Notes under the pieces: model-generated
The model's database searches: none
What the model was told of the DNA's origin: nothing
Seen by the model: the letters and a program-made list of their open reading frames with translations, nothing else
Made by a program: the position numbers and the translations under genes
In this document: positions 50,410 to 54,416 of the stretch, in pieces
Layout: each line of letters begins with the position of its first letter
Numbering within the stretch: the stretch's first letter is position 1
Assembly: GCA_963575745.1 (NCBI GenBank)
Contig: CAUYUJ010000243.1
Coordinates: 62,001 to 116,416 of the forward strand
From: Prorocentrum cordatum
Taxonomy: Eukaryota
DNA: 54,416 bases
Direction of reading: 5' to 3'

Positions 50410-51992
50410 TCGCAGCCATCCTGTGGTGTTGGGTCCTCGTTTTGAAGAGACTTTCCCCCGCGTCTCCTCTTCCTTCTTCTCCTCCTTCCCCCCCCTCCCT
50501 CCTCCCTCCTCCCATCGACGACATCACCACCATCATCAGCATTGCCCCACACGCTTCGTAGCCCCATAGGGAGCTCCACCGAAGGCTCCAGCGGCAGCGT
50601 TGACACGCGGAACAGCAGGCAATTTCGGCACACCCCTCACACGCTTCGTGGCCCCATAGGGAGCTCCATCGAAGGCCCCAGCGGCAGCGCTGACATGCGG
50701 GGCCGCCGCCCATGTTGGCACACCCCTCACACGTTTCGTTGCCCCATAGGGAGCTCCACCGAAGGCTCTAGTGGCAGCGCTGACATGCGGGACCGCTGCC
50801 CATTTCGGCACGCCCCTCATGCGTTCCGTAGCCCCATAGGGAGCCCCACCGAAGGGTCCAGTAGCAGCGCTGACACGCGGGACCGCCGCCCATTTCGGCA
50901 CAACCCCCACGCGCTTCGTGGCCCCATGGGGAGCCCCACCGAAGGCGCCAGCGGCAGCACTGACATGCGGGACCGCCGCACATTTCGGCACACCCCTCAC
51001 ACGTTTCGCGGCCCCATAGGGGGCTCTACCGAAGGCTCCAGTGGCAGCGCTGACATGCGGGGCCGCCGCTCATTTCAGCACACACACCTCGCACGTTTCG
51101 CTGCCCCATAGGGGGCTCCACCGAAGGTTCCAGTGGCAGCGTTGACATGCGGGTCCGCCGCCCATTTCGGCACACCCCTCACACGTTGCGTGGCCCCATA
51201 GGGAGCTCCACCGAAGGCCCCAGTGGCAGCGTTGACATGCGGGTCAGCCGCCCATTTCGGCACACCCCTCGCACGTTGCGTGGCCCCATAGGGAGCCCCA
51301 CCGAAGGCTGCGATGGCAGCGTTGACATGCGGGGCCGCCGCCCATTTCGGCACACCCCTCACACGTTTCGTGGCCCCAGAAGGAGTTCCACCCAAGGATC
51401 CAGCGGCAGCGTTGGCCCATGCGGGACCGCCGCTCATTTCGGCACACCCCTCGCACGTTGCGTGGCCCCATAGGGGGCTCCACCGAAGGCCCCAGTGGCA
51501 GCGCTGACATGCGGGACCGCCGCTCATTTCGACACACCCCTCGCACGCTGCGTGGCCCCATAGGGAGCCCCACCGAAGGCTCCAGTGGCAGCGTTGACAT
51601 GCGGGACCGCCGCCAATTTCGGCACGCCCCTCACGCGTCTCGTAGCTCATAGCGAGCTCCACCGAAGGCCCCAGTGGCAGCGCTGACATGCGGGACCGCC
51701 ACCCATTTCGGCACACCCTTCACACGCCCCGTGGCCCCATAGGGAGCTCAACCGACGGCTCCAGTGGCAGCGCGGACACGCGGGACCGCCACCCATGTCG
51801 GCATTTCGCTCACGCGTTCCGCGGCTATGGGGCTACGGAACGTGCGAGGGGCGACGTTGGCGATGGTGGTGGTGCCGTCGATGGGGGGAGGGGGAGGTGG
51901 GAGGGAGAAGCAGGATAAGAATGAGGAGGAGACCGAGACGCGGGGGGAACGGCTCTTCAAAACGAGGACCCAACACCACAGGATGGTTCGGA
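50410..51992. mobile_element. Non-autonomous foldback/MITE-like element with ~160-bp terminal inverted repeats
   Basis: Perfect 34-bp inverted match 50416-50449 vs 51953-51986; imperfect inverted similarity continues inward to ~50569 / ~51824. No coding capacity; no clear TSD. Confidence 0.8.
50549..51815. repeat. 90-bp tandem satellite, ~14 copies, inside the foldback element
   Basis: gccccat anchor at 50561, 50651, 50741, 50831, 50921, 51011, 51103, 51193, 51283 and onward. Confidence 0.97.
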
Positions 51993-52599
51993 TCCACCCA
52001 GAACGGCGGTGGTGGTACGAGAGGAGCAACGAGCAATCTTGCAACGCGCTGTATTTCAAGAAAGAACCCAATGCCACAGGACGGTTGGAAAACGCTGCCA
52101 TGTCGCTACCGTTGGGCCCCCTGTGCGTCTCGAGGGGGAAGAAAGGGGGCTGCGGTTCGAAAGCAGCTTAGTGTGCTATCTTGGAATAGGCGCAAACCAA
52201 CTCTTTAGCACGACAGTGATGCCCATGCGTGGGCCACCTAACCGAATATGGATTCTCACCATGCCCATGCTATTGTGACACGCTGTGTTGACGCGCATGT
52301 CCAAACCATAGCACGTGCTCTCGATTCGGCGACGCACTGCCTTGTGTTCCCAAACGTGGTCTTGCATCAGAAATGCACCATGCGACACTACAAAGAGCGA
52401 ATTCGAAACCCACGCCGTGCAAAAAAACATTGCGCCTGCGAGGTCAAGCGCATGGCCACAGGGGACGGCTGTGGCGCAGCTCTCACATGCAACTATTGCT
52501 TCCCAACGGCTGCGTTCGCATGCGCCCCCTTGCCAGATGTTGGCGCGCCCCTCGCGCGTTTCGCGCCCCCAGCAAGAAGCCCAAACCGCCCCGAGGCAC

Positions 52600-53130
52600 C
52601 CCGGGACCCCCCAAAACCCCAAGACCCCCCAGGACCACCAAGAACCCCCAAGAGCCCCCAAGAGCCAAGACCCACAAAACACCCCAAGGCCCCCAATACA
52701 CCCAACGACCCCCAAGGCCCCCAAGACCCCCAAGACCCCCCAAGACCCCCCAAGACCCCCCAAGAACCCCCAAGACCCCCAAGACCCCCAAGACCCCCAA
52801 GACCCCCCAAGACCCCCCAAGACCCCCAAGACTCCTAAAGACCCAAGACCCCCTGAATGTCCCAAACGCCCATAAAGACCCCAAAAGGACCCAGGACCCC
52901 CAAGACCCCCAAGACCCCTCACGACCCCCAAACCACCCCAAGACCCCAAGACACCCCAAGACACCCAAGACACCCCACGACATCCAAGACCTCCAAGATC
53001 CCCAAGGCCCCCGAGACCCCAAAGAGCACCCCACGACGCCCAAGAGGCCCAGGGGGCCCAAGGCCCAAGACACCCGATGGTAGCCCGAAGCGCCCAATGC
53101 ACCCGAGACGCCCAAGACGCCCAAACCACC
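52600..53130. repeat. (CCCCCAAGA)n 9-bp minisatellite
   Basis: Near-perfect units at 52719-52830 with degenerate flanks; more degenerate copies at 53800-54416. Confidence 0.9.
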
Positions 53131-54416
53131 GAAAGACATCGGAGACGCCGCGAAGGCCGCTCCTTGGCGCTGCCAGCGCGCGCAACTGTGGAGGAGAGGG
53201 GAAGAAGCGGGCGATTTGTATTTCGTCGGTCCCCAGGGTCTGTCTCCCTCGTCGCCTCGGCTCCGTTCGCAATCGAAATTCTCAGAACGCACGAAACCGA
53301 ACGAAAAAAATCAAAGGGAAGCGAAGCCCCGCCACCACGAGGCGCCCTCGGGCGCAATGCCCGCAAGGGGAGGGCAACTCGCTCCCTGAGTTCCGATCAG
53401 TGCCCCCCCCCCCCCCCCCCCAGTCGGAGGGCAAGGATGGATGGGCCCCCTCTGCCCGCATTCCGCTGGGACGGCGAACGGAAGGACCGAGTGGAGCAGG
53501 GCCTCATTGGCGGCAGAGGCCCATTGCCGATCGGGCCGCGGGGTGACGCACAGAGAGCGCCCAGATAGCAGCCCTGCCCATCCTCTGAGGGAGGGCGACC
53601 CCCAGCGGCAATTGGACTTACATGACTTGTTGTTTGTCTTGGCCTCCTATTTTGCCCAGGGAGGTGAAGGGCGGAGGAAGATCCAATGCGACCTTTGAGA
53701 CACCATCCGGGACGACCAAACGGCCCGTCAAAAACCTCCTTCCCAGAGGCCCAACAAGAATAACCAAAAGGATCCCCAAGACGCACTGGGTCCTGAGGGG
53801 AAGCCGAAGCCCAAAGGATGGCCCAAGACCCCCCAGACGGCCAGACGGGGCTCAGGACCACCTGCGCGAACAACAAGACCACCCAAAGGAAATGCAGGGG
53901 GGCCCCTAACGAAGACCCAAGACCCAGAAACCCAAGGCGCCCTACGAAGCCCAAACCAAAACCGCTCCAAGGCCACCCAAGAGGCCCAAGACCCACAAGA
54001 AACCCAAGGCCCCCAAGACCCCCAATTCGCCCTACCCTACCGGCCCAAGGCGGTCAATACCCCCCAACTACACCCAAAAGACACAGCAAGACACCCAAGG
54101 ACCCCGAGGAACACCCGAAGAACGCGATCCTACTGAGGCTGGAGACACCCGAAGCCGCCCCCCTCCTTATCCACCCCCCCCCCCAGCACGACCTCCCCCC
54201 CCCCCCCCCCCGGGGCCCCCCAACCCCCCCCCCATCGCCCCCCCAAAGGGATGGAGGTGCCCGCCAGGACCCCTCAATGACCCACACTACCAGGCAGAAA
54301 CAGACCCTCTTTTCCCAAGACATCCAAGACCCCCTAGACACTCCAAGGCCCCCAAGACCCCAACATGCACAAGACCCATAAACAACCAAAGACACCAAAG
54401 GGACCCAAGACCCCCA

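Noticed and set aside
50536..53546. Repeat-protein ORFs (GAFGGAPYGATKRVRGVPKW; PQDPQD / PKTPKT)
   Set aside because: Translations of the 90-bp and 9-bp tandem arrays, whose periods are multiples of three.

Overview
This is GC-rich, repeat-dominated eukaryotic nuclear DNA, almost certainly from a dinoflagellate: it carries a perfect 22-nt dinoflagellate spliced leader (DinoSL), relict SL copies and a probable GA-AG intron. Main contents: (1) LINE-A, a near full-length minus-strand non-LTR retrotransposon (~13.9-21.6 kb) that starts exactly with the DinoSL. It encodes a zinc-finger/coiled-coil ORF1 and an APE endonuclease-RT-RNase H ORF2, followed by a small basic ORF and a hairpin-rich 3' region with a Y-shaped three-way junction. 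(2) LINE-B, a second family (APE-RT-C2H2) present as two diverged copies (24.4-29.7 kb minus; 2.1-4.3 kb plus). Both carry a conserved extra ORF downstream of the RT ORF and an (AATCCC)n tail. (3) An intronless WWE-domain retrocopy preceded by tandem SL relics (33.5-35.2 kb). (4) A large multi-exon gene of unknown function (46.3-50.3 kb, minus). (5) A foldback/MITE-like element with ~160-bp TIRs around a 90-bp tandem array (50.4-52.0 kb). (6) Candidate small host exons on the minus strand, further decayed LINE fragments, many micro/minisatellites and one 100-N gap. Most ORF-track entries are low-complexity artefacts. All homology statements rest on motif recognition and by-eye alignment; no database search was run.
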